Source: Planctomycetota bacterium (GTDB taxonomy: Bacteria > Planctomycetota > Planctomycetia > Pirellulales > Pirellulaceae). From it: DNA of 64,000 nucleotides. Location: positions 1,975 through 65,974 of the forward strand of contig JANNYC010000189.1 in NCBI GenBank assembly GCA_031409895.1. Direction: 5' to 3'. The notes beneath the pieces are model-generated. The model did not search any database. It saw only the letters and a program-made list of their open reading frames with translations, and was not told where the DNA came from. The position numbers were made by a program, and so were the translations under genes. The first letter of the stretch is position 1. Each line of letters starts with the position of its first letter. Positions 38,166-48,377 of this stretch are shown here, one piece after another.

Positions 38166-39092
38166 CTAGGCTGCCGCCCGCATCGTATTCGATTTTCTTT
38201 GTCGCACCGGTTTTTCCTTCCAGCGACGATGAACCCACCAGTATTGTCCCGGGTCCGCGCGAATTACCAATGCCAAACAGTCGTTATACCATTGGGTCAA
38301 CGCGCGCACGTCACATAACTCCGGTGACATCGTTTGAGGATCGGCGACTCCGGCGACTCCGGTTTCGAACCGCAGAATGCCAGTCGTTCGGCGACAATAC
38401 GAGACCAGCATCGGTGCCCCCGAACTCAGTGTGAACAAGGCAAGTGCTTTATGGCATGCGGCGGGTCGTCCCAAAAAGTCAATCCAAACTCCTTTCGTTC
38501 CCGCGTGCTGATCGCCGAGTAATAAAAGCGTTTTGCCTGCGTCCAGAATGTTTTGAATCTGGGTCGCACTGCCGTCCTTGGGCACAACAAACTGCCCTTT
38601 CGATTCGCGAACCGAGCGAAGCAATTTGTCTAAGTACGGGTTGTCCAAGCTTCGCGCGACTACGTAACTGGGGTAACCAAACAACCCCATCGTCAGCGCG
38701 CCGATTTCAAAATTGCCAAAATGTCCGGAGACGAAAACAGCCGAACGGGAATCCAGCAAGTATTTCGACATTAGCTCGTTGTCGTTCTGCTGAATGTACT
38801 TGCGCCAATTCGTTTCGTGAATCTTGCGCGGAGCCAATACGATCTCGCACAGCAGCAAGCCGAAATGTTCCCACATTTGGCTTGTGACGGCACGCCGTTC
38901 TACGGCCGTCAAATTCGGGCAAGAATTCGTCAAGTTTTCGTCGATCAACTTGGCACGAATTCGAAATACTTCGGTCGCCAAATAACCTAGACCGCGCGAG
39001 AAACTCTCGCACATGCGCAGCGGCATGATCTGGATGGCCGCCATGATCAAGCGGACAACAAGGTAAACGCAATAATCGCTGATACGTTTCAT
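38166..39092 (-). CDS. lysophospholipid / lipid A late acyltransferase (LpxL/HtrB family)
   Basis: 308 aa with an N-terminal TM, an HFGNFE (HX4D/E-like) block, and typical LpxL length and layout. Confidence 0.75.
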   Translation of the reverse strand: MKRISDYCVYLVVRLIMAAIQIMPLRMCESFSRGLGYLATEVFRIRAKLIDENLTNSCPNLTAVERRAVTSQMWEHFGLLLCEIVLAPRKIHETNWRKYIQQNDNELMSKYLLDSRSAVFVSGHFGNFEIGALTMGLFGYPSYVVARSLDNPYLDKLLRSVRESKGQFVVPKDGSATQIQNILDAGKTLLLLGDQHAGTKGVWIDFLGRPAACHKALALFTLSSGAPMLVSYCRRTTGILRFETGVAGVADPQTMSPELCDVRALTQWYNDCLALVIRADPGQYWWVHRRWKEKPVRQRKSNTMRAAA

Positions 39093-39297
39093 AATGGGCT
39101 CACGAATTCGGTGGCGAATTGTCGCAAGCCTTCGCTAATTTGAAAAGCCGAATTATGCCGGAAATCTGGCATGAGGCATGAGAATTGAGAGTTGGCGAGC
39201 GGGGGGTGTTAGCCCCCTGATTCTTTGCGTCGCGGTTGAGAATTGAGATCTGCAAGCTACCGACGGGAGTCGGTAGTTCTCACACGATTGGCTAAAA

Positions 39298-40500
39298 TCA
39301 TGACGCAAACCGCGAGGCCAATCGGTCGACGATTGACTGTCCGATGTTCAGTGACGCCGTGGCAGCGGGCGAAGGAGCGTTGATGATGTTTACCGTTCGC
39401 TCCGTCTCCGTGATGTGAAAGTCATCGACGAAACCTCCGTTTGGAAGAACGGCTTGGGCGCGAACTCCTGCCGGCGCGACGACCAAATCGGCAGCTTGGA
39501 TTTCGGGAATCAATCGCTGAAGTGCTTTGACAAACGCCCGCTTGTTTACCGATCGCCACATTTCGGCCATCCCCATCCGCCAGTGCTTCAGGGCCAATCG
39601 CCGAAAGCCACGATAGGTCAAACTTTCCCAAAGATCCGCCAAATTGATTGTCGCCATCGTGTAACCTTCGCGCGCAAATGCCAGCACCGCATTCGGCCCG
39701 CACTCCAATCCGCCGCCGATCATCCGCGTGAAGTGAACTCCCAAAAACACAAATCGCGGGTCGGGAACCGGATAGATCAGATTGCGGCACAAGTAATGCT
39801 TTTCCGGAAGCACTTCATAATACTCGCCGCGGAACGGGATGATCTTCGCCTCGGGATTGCTCCCGCCCAATTTCGCCACGCGATCGCTATGCAAGCCTGC
39901 ACAGTTGACAACGACGCCGGTAGCAAAAGTACCTTGAGTCGTGTCAATAACAGTTTCGCCAGTCGAATGCCGAATGGCTTGAACGCGGCACGCCAATTTT
40001 ATTTCGCTGCCGGAACTCACAATCAATTCGCCAAGCTTTTCGCACACTTGTCGATAGTTGACGATGCCGGCTTCTGGAACATGGATCGCACTAATCCCGG
40101 CGGCATGAGGTTCAAGTTCCTTGAGACGCTCGACGCCGATCATCTCGCACTTGACTCCGTTGGCGACGCCTCGCTCGTAGATGTTTTGCAGCCACGGAAG
40201 TTCAAATTCCTCCGTCGCCACGATGACTTTGCCACAAATCTCGAATTCAATTCCGTGCTGCTCGCAGAATTGCTGCATAGCAATTTTTCCGTCGCGGCAG
40301 TTTTTCGCTTTGGCTGAACCTGGCTTGTAATAAATGCCCGAATGCAGCACGCCGGAATTGTGGCCCGTTTGATGCTCTGCCAGACGATTTTCTTTTTCCA
40401 GAATCACAACAATGCGATTGGGGAAACGCCGAGTGAATTGGTAAGCCGTCGCCAGTCCGACAATGCCTCCGCCAATGATGGTCGCATCGTACTTTTGCAT
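39298..40500 (-). CDS. lhgO: L-2-hydroxyglutarate oxidase (FAD-dependent)
   Basis: [49 protein letters not shown] and [10 protein letters not shown] match LhgO/YgaF along the full length. Confidence 0.85.
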   Translation of the reverse strand: MQKYDATIIGGGIVGLATAYQFTRRFPNRIVVILEKENRLAEHQTGHNSGVLHSGIYYKPGSAKAKNCRDGKIAMQQFCEQHGIEFEICGKVIVATEEFELPWLQNIYERGVANGVKCEMIGVERLKELEPHAAGISAIHVPEAGIVNYRQVCEKLGELIVSSGSEIKLACRVQAIRHSTGETVIDTTQGTFATGVVVNCAGLHSDRVAKLGGSNPEAKIIPFRGEYYEVLPEKHYLCRNLIYPVPDPRFVFLGVHFTRMIGGGLECGPNAVLAFAREGYTMATINLADLWESLTYRGFRRLALKHWRMGMAEMWRSVNKRAFVKALQRLIPEIQAADLVVAPAGVRAQAVLPNGGFVDDFHITETERTVNIINAPSPAATASLNIGQSIVDRLASRFAS

Positions 40501-40540
40501 AATGCGTCAAAAAGTCGAAACAAGAAAGACGAGTTAGCGC

Positions 40541-40587
40541 AATAAAAAAGGTCATGAGTTGTCGCTCCCTCGTCAACCCATGACCTT
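40541..40587 (-). terminator. rho-independent terminator downstream of mgtE
   Basis: On the minus strand: AAGGTCATG ... CATGACCTT (9-bp stem, with an inner GTTG/CAAC extension) followed by TTTTTATT. Confidence 0.55.
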
Positions 40588-40821
40588 GTCCTGAAACGGA
40601 ACTTCCGATGTCCCGCCCTTATCGGCGTCGGTCATTAGATTTATCGAACCGATGAATAACGATTCCTCAGTCGCTGGATCAAAAGCAAATTTATTGTCCG
40701 ATTTCAGTTTCATTTTAGCGGCAAATAACAATTGTGACGTGCAATTACCGGAGTTTTTCCGACGACTCACGACTTGCCGAAAAGTATTGCCGAATCGGCT
40801 ACGGGAACTTTGCGGGCCGAA

Positions 40822-42174
40822 TCACAGTAACAGCAGCGCCACGTTCATGTAGATCACAATCCCCAATACGTCGACGATCCCCGCGACAAACGGAGTGCTC
40901 ATCAAAGCCGGGTCAAAACCCAGCCGATGAAACAATATCGGCAGCAACGACCCGATTAAGGTCCCGACGGTTACCACTAGCATTAAGGTAATGGGCACTA
41001 CCATTGCGTGGACGATACTCGGTGGATTGGGAAAAATTTGCGTGACAATCAAACTCATCGCGCCCAATCCCAGCCCCAACAAAGCCCCCACGAAAAACTC
41101 GCGATACGCAACCCGCAGCCAATCTTTGCGTGTTAGTTGCCCACGGGTAAGTGCTGCGATGACCAGCGTCGCGGATTGGCTCCCTGAATTGCCGCCACTA
41201 CTAATTACCAGCGGGATGAATGGAATCAGCCAAGCCCAATGGTTCAATTGGGCGCCGTAGTTTTGCAATGCGATGGCGGTCAGCACGCCACCAAAAAACA
41301 AAAAGCACAACCAAATGCCGCGCTTCCAGCTCATCGTCAGCCAATGCGTGCGCAGATAAGTATCTTGCAGCGGCGTCACTGCACCCATTCGCTGGACGTC
41401 TTCAGCCGCTGCGCTTTGAACGACGTCGATAACGTCATCGTGCGTGATAATTCCCAGCATGTGATGCTCGTGATCGACGACCGGAATAGCCAGTAAGTCA
41501 AGTTTAGCCACTCGATTCGCAACTGCCTCCTGATCTTCAAGCGCTTCCACGGTGACCAGCTTGGTCTCCATAAGGTCGCGCATCGGTGTGCTGGGACGAC
41601 GCATGGCCGCCACAAGCTGTCGCGCCGAAACAACACCGCGCAAATGTTGCTCCGCGTCGACGATGTACAAATAATATATTGTCTCGAACAACTCGGCTTG
41701 GCGGATGAGTTCATCGAGGGCTTCGCGAACTGTCAGCGATTCGCTCAACCGCAAGATGTCGGTGCTCATCATGGCACCGGCGGTTCCTTCCGGGTATTGG
41801 CTTAGCCGTTGAATATCGCGACGGTCGGTTGCCGGAAGCCGATTGAGCAAGTCTTCCTGCGTCTCGGTGCTGACGCGGCGCAACAAACTGACGCGGTCGT
41901 CTGACGCCAATTTTTCGATCAGCAGCGCGATCGATTCGCGGTCTTGGCTTTCGCAAATTTCGGCTTGTCGCTGTGGATCAAGGTAAATGAAAATTTCGAC
42001 TCGAGATGCTTCGTCGGCGTGCCCTAAGACTTGCCAAGCCTCGTCTGCAGTCAACCCTTCCATGAATTCCGCAGTTCGCGCCGGATGCAATGCCGTGCAA
42101 AATTCGCGCAGCTCGTCGGCGTTGCTGGACGCCAACATTTCGCGAAGTTCGGGTAAATACAGCGTGTTGATCAT
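40822..42174 (-). CDS. mgtE: magnesium transporter MgtE
   Basis: N-domain, tandem CBS pairs and a C-terminal TM domain with GNSGSQS and PFVAGIVDV blocks. Confidence 0.95.
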   Translation of the reverse strand: MINTLYLPELREMLASSNADELREFCTALHPARTAEFMEGLTADEAWQVLGHADEASRVEIFIYLDPQRQAEICESQDRESIALLIEKLASDDRVSLLRRVSTETQEDLLNRLPATDRRDIQRLSQYPEGTAGAMMSTDILRLSESLTVREALDELIRQAELFETIYYLYIVDAEQHLRGVVSARQLVAAMRRPSTPMRDLMETKLVTVEALEDQEAVANRVAKLDLLAIPVVDHEHHMLGIITHDDVIDVVQSAAAEDVQRMGAVTPLQDTYLRTHWLTMSWKRGIWLCFLFFGGVLTAIALQNYGAQLNHWAWLIPFIPLVISSGGNSGSQSATLVIAALTRGQLTRKDWLRVAYREFFVGALLGLGLGAMSLIVTQIFPNPPSIVHAMVVPITLMLVVTVGTLIGSLLPILFHRLGFDPALMSTPFVAGIVDVLGIVIYMNVALLLL

Positions 42175-42374
42175 GCACTAAAACTAAATCGAATAGCGGT
42201 TGCCGTCGGTACGCGGCGCGACAATTATCGCGTGACAGGAATGTGTCCCGATGAATGGTGGGCGACCATTAGCGAACTGTCAACGGGTTTCGCCAATAGA
42301 CTTGCCAACGGCTACGTGTGAGCCGTCAAATCCGGCATCGGCGGCCTTCTCGATCTAGCCGACTCCCCAACGTT

Positions 42375-43571
42375 TTACGAGCGGACCTTTTCCCGAATCA
42401 AAAGTTCGAGTTCACTGCGAAGCCGCAATAAGACTTCGTCATAGGGATACGCACCCAAACTCTCGGTTCGCCGCTTGAGATTGACGTAATTCGGGCCGCA
42501 CCACAATCCAAGATCCGCGTCGTCCGTCTCGCCTGGCCCGTTCACACGACAACCCATCACGGCGATTGTGATCGCGTGATCCTCCGCGAACCGCGACATC
42601 TCGCGAACTTTTTGGGCCAACTCCACGAAGGCTTCGTTCTCGACGCGCGAGCAACTTGGGCAAGAAATAATATTCAGCCGATCCGTTCGATAGTCGACGA
42701 CCGACCGAACCCGCCCGTGATAAATATCGTCGATGATCTGCCGAGCCGCCCGGATTTCTTCACCCTTTTGATCGTTAGGGACCGTCAAGCTAACGCGAAC
42801 CGTGTCGCCGATCCCTTGCGAAATCAACTGTTCAAAAGCAACGCGGGTCTTGATGATCCCATCCGGCGGCAGTCCCGCTTCGGTGACGCCCAAATGCAGC
42901 GGCACGTCCGGGCGAAGCTCAGCAAAACGGCGATTTAATTCCACGACTTTTTTCGGATCGGAGTCCTTGAGCGAAACGCAATAACGGTGAAAGCCAATTT
43001 CATCCAAGAACTGACAATGGTCGCTCGCACTGTCGATCATCGGACTAATCGAATCGCCATCGGCATAGCGGTCTTTCGTCGCTGGGTCGAGGCTTCCGCA
43101 GTTTACGCCAACTCGAATCGCACAATCGTTGTCTCGGGCGACTTTTGCAATAAACTCAACTTTCTCCTGCCAAGTCTTCTGCGGCTCATGATGGTACAAG
43201 TGTCCTGGGTTGTAGCGAATCTTGTCGACATACGGCGCGACGGCTTCTGCCAATCGGTAGTTTTCCTGCAAGTCGACGGCGAGATTAGCTTTCGTTTGGC
43301 TACGAATTTCCGCAAGTGCCGTCGCGTCTTTTTTGCTGTCAACGGCAATCCGAACAACGTCTGCACCCGCGTCTTGCAAGAGTTGCACGAGCCAAACCGT
43401 TGCGTCAATGTTGTGCGTTGACGTAGCCGTCATCGATTGAACCGCAATCGGAAAACCGTTTCCAATCGTTGCGGTTCCGATTTTCACTGCTCGGGTTAGA
43501 TTCCGTTTGATCTCGACCAAGATACACCTGAATTCATGGGACAGATTTTCCGGTCTGCGTGACCAAAACAA
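42375..43571 (-). CDS. ispG: 4-hydroxy-3-methylbut-2-enyl diphosphate synthase (flavodoxin)
   Basis: [19 protein letters not shown]-like YNPGH, and a C-terminal CPSC...GC Fe-S cluster motif. The TTG start at 43571 is uncertain. Confidence 0.9.
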   Translation of the reverse strand: MFWSRRPENLSHEFRCILVEIKRNLTRAVKIGTATIGNGFPIAVQSMTATSTHNIDATVWLVQLLQDAGADVVRIAVDSKKDATALAEIRSQTKANLAVDLQENYRLAEAVAPYVDKIRYNPGHLYHHEPQKTWQEKVEFIAKVARDNDCAIRVGVNCGSLDPATKDRYADGDSISPMIDSASDHCQFLDEIGFHRYCVSLKDSDPKKVVELNRRFAELRPDVPLHLGVTEAGLPPDGIIKTRVAFEQLISQGIGDTVRVSLTVPNDQKGEEIRAARQIIDDIYHGRVRSVVDYRTDRLNIISCPSCSRVENEAFVELAQKVREMSRFAEDHAITIAVMGCRVNGPGETDDADLGLWCGPNYVNLKRRTESLGAYPYDEVLLRLRSELELLIREKVRS

Positions 43572-43659
43572 TATGCGGCGGTCAACTCTTCTACGTTTAA
43601 CAGCCCGGCTTCCGGGCGCTGCGACGTCAGCGCGCGGCCCGAAGCGGTCCGGCTAAACA

Positions 43660-44235
43660 ATGTCTTTTTCAATGCTCCTCTACGCCATTGTCAGTTCAAC
43701 TCGCTCGCCTGACAATGGCGACTTTCGGTTTTCCAGTTCATCGTCGTTTGCCGTGAGTTATCAGCCTCGATTTCACGTCGTCCTGCACCAGCCTGAGATT
43801 CCGCCAAACACCGGCGCGGTCGGTCGCACGTGCGTTGCCTTGGCGGCCAAGTTGTGGTTGGTCCGGCCGCTGGGGTTCCGCGTCGACGAAGCTACTCTGC
43901 GAAGGGCCGGGTTGGACTATTGGGAAAAGCTGCAATGGCAAGCCGTCGACAATTGGGAACACTTGCTACGATCACTCCCCGACTCCCGATTTTGGTACTT
44001 TTCGAAAACCGCAAAGCGACGCTTCACCGACGTCCAGTTCCAGTTCAATGACGCACTCGTTTTCGGTAGCGAAACAAGCGGATTGCCTCCATCGTTTTTG
44101 TCCAAATCACCCGACCAAACTCTATGTATTCCAACCACCGGCCTCGTGCGCAGTCTAAATCTTTCGTGTAGCGTTGCAGTCGCCGGTTACGAACTTGATC
44201 GCCAATTCCATGTCCAATCCCCAGCCACTCAATAA
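43660..44235 (+). CDS. trmL: tRNA (cytidine/uridine-2'-O)-methyltransferase TrmL (SpoU family)
   Basis: FHVVLHQPEIPPNTGAVGRTC ... LVFGSETSGLP ... IP....RSLNLS. The true start may be the in-frame GTG at 43753. Confidence 0.85.
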   Translation: MSFSMLLYAIVSSTRSPDNGDFRFSSSSSFAVSYQPRFHVVLHQPEIPPNTGAVGRTCVALAAKLWLVRPLGFRVDEATLRRAGLDYWEKLQWQAVDNWEHLLRSLPDSRFWYFSKTAKRRFTDVQFQFNDALVFGSETSGLPPSFLSKSPDQTLCIPTTGLVRSLNLSCSVAVAGYELDRQFHVQSPATQ

Positions 44236-46279
44236 GCCGCAACAAGACGCGGTCAACGTATTATCCGGCCCTTTGCTCGTGCTCGCCGGTGCGGGAACCG
44301 GTAAGACTCGCGTCGTTACGTATCGAATCGCCAATTTGATCCGCCATCGAACCAAGCCCGAGCAAATCTTGGCCGTGACGTTTACAAAAAAAGCTGCCAA
44401 GGAAATGCAGCAACGCGTCACCAAGTTAATCGGCAGCCGTGCGCCCAAGTCTCCTCTCGTCTGCACATTTCACTCGCTGTGCGTTCGCATTTTGCGGCGA
44501 CACATCGAAGCGCTGGGCTTTCCGCGAAAGTTCCTAATCCTCGATCGTGGCGACCAAGAAAGTCACGCCCGCACGGCCTTGCGTGAAATTCGCGTCGCCG
44601 ATAACTTCCTCTCACCGAGCGACGTCCAGTGGATGATCAGCCGCTGGAAATCACACGGAGTCTCGCCACGACAAGCCGAACTTCAATCTCAGTCCGACAA
44701 AGATCAGCTAGCCGCCGTTGCTTACAGGCGCTACACGGAGCTGCTCAAGCAAGCAGGTGCGCTGGACTTTGATGATCTGCTGCTCTTTACCGAACGGCTG
44801 TTCCAAGAGCATCCGGCCAAACTTACTGCCGAAGCTCGCCTCTGGCAGCACTTGTTGATCGACGAATATCAAGACACCAACGGCGTACAGTACAAAATCG
44901 TCCGGCATCTGGCGCAAGAGCACCGCAACTTGTGCGTTGTCGGCGACGACGATCAATCGATTTACGGGTGGCGCGGCGCACAAGTCCAGTACATATTGAA
45001 TTTCCGCAACGACTGGCCGGACGCGAAAATCGTTCGCTTGGAAGAAAACTATCGATCGACCGCCGAAATTTTGACGGTGGCCAATCGTTTGATCGCGCAT
45101 AATCGCCAGCGACACATAAAACAACTTCGGGCCGTTCGATCCGGCGGCGCGCCTCCTCGAATTATGCAAATGGCCGACGAAGCCAAAGAAGCAGGCGACG
45201 TCGTTCGCCAAATTCGCGCCATTCTCCAACGCCCCGAAGTGCAGCCATCCGATATCGCGATCTTGTTCCGAACCAACGAACAGCCTCGTCCGTTCGAGAC
45301 CGAATTGCGCAAAGCCAGTTTGCCGTATGTCTTGGTCGGCGGCATGTCCTTCTTTGATCGCAAAGAAGTCAAAGACTTGCTCGCATATTTTCGCATGATC
45401 GACAATCCACTCGATGAGTTGGCCGCGCGGCGGATCATCAACATACCACCACGCGGCATCGGCAAGTCCACCGTGACTCGCGTCGCGGATGCTGCTTTGC
45501 AACAACAGTCGTCGTTTTGGGATGTTCTCAAACAAACTCATCTTGAATCGACCCCCGCCGCCAAAAAAGGAATCCAGCAGTTCGTTTCGCTGATCGAAAA
45601 ATCCCGCGCAGAATTGGCCCAGCGACCCAACCTCGTCCAATGGGCGACGCAGTTCGTCGCACAACTCGGCTACCGCGCTGAAATTGATCGAACCTATTCC
45701 GAGCCTGAAGATCGCGAAGCACGTTGGGCTTCCGTCGAACAAGTCGTCAGCGCCCTTGGGCAATACGCTTTCGAACATGGCGACAAGGCCAACGTCGCGG
45801 ACTTTTTGGATGAAATATCGGTTGGCGATCAGGACTTTGAAAACGAAAAAGAAAAACAGCTTGCCCGAAACGCGATCATTCTCATGACCCTGCACAGCGC
45901 CAAAGGTCTAGAGTTTCCTTACGTTTTCATGGTCGGCATGGAGGACGGCATTTTGCCCCACCATCGCAGCATCGAAAGTGGCTCCGATTCAATCGACGAA
46001 GAGCGACGGCTCTGCTACGTTGGCGTGACGCGAGCCCAAGAGCAATTGTCGTTGTCGATGGCTCTCACGCGGATGAAATGGGGCAAGCCGCGCGATTCGC
46101 GTCCGAGTCGTTTTCTGTACGAGCTGACCGATCAAACCAGCAACCCGAATTACGTTGGCATGCAGCCGTCGGAATCCCCGCAACCCCAAATACCTGCGTC
46201 GGACAATACAAAAACGCAAAAGCAACATCCCAAGTCCAAAATGGCGCGCGGCACTCGAGGCACAGCCAAAAAACAATAA
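44210..46279 (+). CDS. pcrA: ATP-dependent DNA helicase, UvrD/PcrA/Rep family
   Basis: LNKPQQDAV, GAGTGKT, DEYQDTN, VGDDDQSIYGWRGA, LEENYRS and TLHSAKGLEF motifs. Confidence 0.9.
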   Translation: MSNPQPLNKPQQDAVNVLSGPLLVLAGAGTGKTRVVTYRIANLIRHRTKPEQILAVTFTKKAAKEMQQRVTKLIGSRAPKSPLVCTFHSLCVRILRRHIEALGFPRKFLILDRGDQESHARTALREIRVADNFLSPSDVQWMISRWKSHGVSPRQAELQSQSDKDQLAAVAYRRYTELLKQAGALDFDDLLLFTERLFQEHPAKLTAEARLWQHLLIDEYQDTNGVQYKIVRHLAQEHRNLCVVGDDDQSIYGWRGAQVQYILNFRNDWPDAKIVRLEENYRSTAEILTVANRLIAHNRQRHIKQLRAVRSGGAPPRIMQMADEAKEAGDVVRQIRAILQRPEVQPSDIAILFRTNEQPRPFETELRKASLPYVLVGGMSFFDRKEVKDLLAYFRMIDNPLDELAARRIINIPPRGIGKSTVTRVADAALQQQSSFWDVLKQTHLESTPAAKKGIQQFVSLIEKSRAELAQRPNLVQWATQFVAQLGYRAEIDRTYSEPEDREARWASVEQVVSALGQYAFEHGDKANVADFLDEISVGDQDFENEKEKQLARNAIILMTLHSAKGLEFPYVFMVGMEDGILPHHRSIESGSDSIDEERRLCYVGVTRAQEQLSLSMALTRMKWGKPRDSRPSRFLYELTDQTSNPNYVGMQPSESPQPQIPASDNTKTQKQHPKSKMARGTRGTAKKQ

Positions 46280-46330
46280 GGTTTCTGTCATGGACTTTTG
46301 ATACGGATTCTTGATTTCTTGAAAAATGCC

Positions 46331-46918
46331 ATGAAAACCAATCGACTCGAAGCGTTTAGCGATGGAGTGATCGCGATCATCATCACGATTATGGTCCTGG
46401 AAATGAAAGTTCCGTATGAGCCTAGCTTCGCGGCACTCCGCCAAATGGTTCCGGTGTTTTTGAGCTACCTTCTGAGCTTTGTTTTGGTTGCAATTTATTG
46501 GGTCAACCACCATCACATGATTCATCTCGTTCGCAAGGTCGATGGTCCGATCCTTTGGGCCAATATGCTGTTGTTGTTCTGCATGTCATTGATGCCATTT
46601 GTGACCGGCCATTTGGGCCAAAGTCGCGCAGCTCCCTATGCCGTAGCGTTATATGCGATCCTTGCTTTGGCAGGCGCAATGTCGTTCTATTTGCTGAGGT
46701 ATGTCATTGCTCGCCACCATCGCGACAATGAACACTTCATGAATCTTAACCGAAGAATGCATCGAAAGAATTTGTTGGCGATCGGCATTTACTGTGCGGC
46801 CGTTGCGATGGCGTTTGTCTGGGTTCCAGCGTCGCTCGCGCTCGTTTCGCTACCCGCCGCAATGTACTTTTTGCCGGAAGTCCATGGCCTAGAAGTCGAA
46901 CAGGCGCTACATTCCTAA
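46331..46918 (+). CDS. TMEM175-family (DUF1211) potassium channel
   Basis: MKTNRLEAFSDGVIAIIITIMVLE signature (RxxxFSD) and 6 TM segments. Confidence 0.8.
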   Translation: MKTNRLEAFSDGVIAIIITIMVLEMKVPYEPSFAALRQMVPVFLSYLLSFVLVAIYWVNHHHMIHLVRKVDGPILWANMLLLFCMSLMPFVTGHLGQSRAAPYAVALYAILALAGAMSFYLLRYVIARHHRDNEHFMNLNRRMHRKNLLAIGIYCAAVAMAFVWVPASLALVSLPAAMYFLPEVHGLEVEQALHS

Positions 46919-46985
46919 TGGGCGTTCAACATTTGGCGGGGATTTGGATTCCGGTTTTTGAGTTTCATCGATGAAAGGAACAATA

Positions 46986-47573
46986 ATGGGCCAGTCAAAA
47001 ATCTTGGCGTTCGCAGGAAGCGCGCGACGCGAGTCGTATAACAAAAAATTATTGAAAATCGGAGTTTCAGGTGCCCAAGCCGCCGGTGCGGAGGTTACAG
47101 TCATCGACTTGGCAGACTATCCTCTCCCGATATTCAATGAAGACTTGGAGCGCGAGGATGGTGTACCTGAAAACGCTAAAAAGCTCAAACAGCTTTTCGT
47201 CGAGCATCACGGACTGTTGGTCGCTTGTCCCGAGTACAACAGTTCGATCACACCGCTGCTCAAAAACACGATCGACTGGGTCTCGCGTCCAGCGGCCGGT
47301 GAACCGTCACTGATAGCGTATCGAGGAAAAGCTGCCGCGTTGTTGAGTGCATCTCCCGGCGCGCTCGGTGGATTGCGCGGGCTAGTCCACGTCCGTTCCA
47401 TTCTCGGCAACATCGGCGTCATCGTATTGCCCGATCAAATCGCCATCGCGAAAGCTTTTGAAGCCTTCAACCCCGACGGCTCGCTCAAAGACGCAAAGCA
47501 ACATTCTGTAGTCACCGATTTGGGCGCTGGCCTCGCGAAATTCTTGACGCGATTGGACAGCGATCGCAATTAG
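46986..47573 (+). CDS. NADPH-dependent FMN reductase
   Basis: ILAFAGSARRESYNKKL and PEYNSSITPLLKNTIDW blocks. Confidence 0.8.
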   Translation: MGQSKILAFAGSARRESYNKKLLKIGVSGAQAAGAEVTVIDLADYPLPIFNEDLEREDGVPENAKKLKQLFVEHHGLLVACPEYNSSITPLLKNTIDWVSRPAAGEPSLIAYRGKAAALLSASPGALGGLRGLVHVRSILGNIGVIVLPDQIAIAKAFEAFNPDGSLKDAKQHSVVTDLGAGLAKFLTRLDSDRN

Positions 47574-47665
47574 TCTCGCAGTGGCTTGACGGAGTAACAC
47601 GTACGATGCGTTAGGAGGGGTTGCGCTGCGTCCTAAGCCGGTGAAAACTAAAATTTAACTGTCGC

Positions 47666-47737
47666 CAAGCGAATGAATCGAATTTGAGATTTGAAATTTG
47701 AGATTTGAAATCTGAAATTATCTGAAATCTGAAATTA
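47666..47737 (+). repeat. left direct repeat flanking the four-helix-bundle gene (GAGATTTGA-type low-complexity motif)
   Basis: CAAGCGAATGAA-tc-GAATTTGAGATTTGAAATTTGAGATTTGAAATCTGAAATTATCTGAAATCTGAAAT. The first 12 nt are identical to 48367..48378. Confidence 0.65.
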
Positions 47738-47792
47738 AGTTGCTAATTTCGCCTAAACACGACCGGTTCACTTTATTGTAAGGCCCTGCGAC

Positions 47793-48377
47793 ATGCCAAC
47801 GTACCAAAGATTCGAGGAACTCCCGGTTTGGCGGGCGGCGGCGGATCTGTTCGAGTGTTGTGACGATTTCTTGGAGCATGCTTCTCGCTTACGCCCATCG
47901 TTCCGAGATCAATTGGAACGTGCGGTTCTTTCGGTGTCCAACAATATTGCGGAAGGATTCGAACGTGGTACGACCAACGAATTGTTGTATTTTCTGTACA
48001 TTGCCCGCGGCTCAGCCGGTGAAGTGCGATCGATGCTTTCGCTACTCGAGCGCAGCTCATTAATGTCGCGCGAAGAATCGGTGAAATCGAATTTGAAATC
48101 CAAAGTCTCTACTCTCAAGGACTTAGCCGAGTCATGCTCTCGGCAACTTAGGGCTTGGGCGGAATCATTGCAGAATTCAGATATTACCGGTCAACGGCAT
48201 CTGAACGAAAAGAGTCGAAAAGATTGGGACAAGCTACGTGGTAAGAAGGAAAGCCAAACGCGGGCAGATCAAATGCAAAAGGAGCTTGTGGCCAAACTTC
48301 CAGTTGGCCATCCGTTACGCCGGCAATGGGAGCAAAAGAATGGCCCCCTCGATTCCACCGCTTCGTCAAGCGAATGA
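47793..48377 (+). CDS. four-helix-bundle protein (23S rRNA intervening-sequence / bAvd-like family) with C-terminal extension
   Basis: FEELPVW....L......F........RDQLERAVLSVSNNIAEGFERGT.NE.LYFLYIARGSAGEVRSML is the family signature. At 194 aa it exceeds the roughly 120 aa I recall as typical. Confidence 0.8.
   Translation: MPTYQRFEELPVWRAAADLFECCDDFLEHASRLRPSFRDQLERAVLSVSNNIAEGFERGTTNELLYFLYIARGSAGEVRSMLSLLERSSLMSREESVKSNLKSKVSTLKDLAESCSRQLRAWAESLQNSDITGQRHLNEKSRKDWDKLRGKKESQTRADQMQKELVAKLPVGHPLRRQWEQKNGPLDSTASSSE

Noticed and set aside
39415-40317. 300-aa ORF antisense to lhgO
   Set aside because: The LhgO match on the minus strand runs the full length and is strong. The plus-strand product is unrecognisable.
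42175-42374. Mg2+ riboswitch (M-box) upstream of mgtE
   Set aside because: I could not find the conserved M-box core sequences by eye in the 200-nt leader. This cannot be excluded without a covariance-model scan (Rfam RF00380).
44708-45895. 395-aa antisense ORF inside pcrA/uvrD
   Set aside because: The sense strand carries all the SF1 helicase motifs. The antisense product has no recognisable features.
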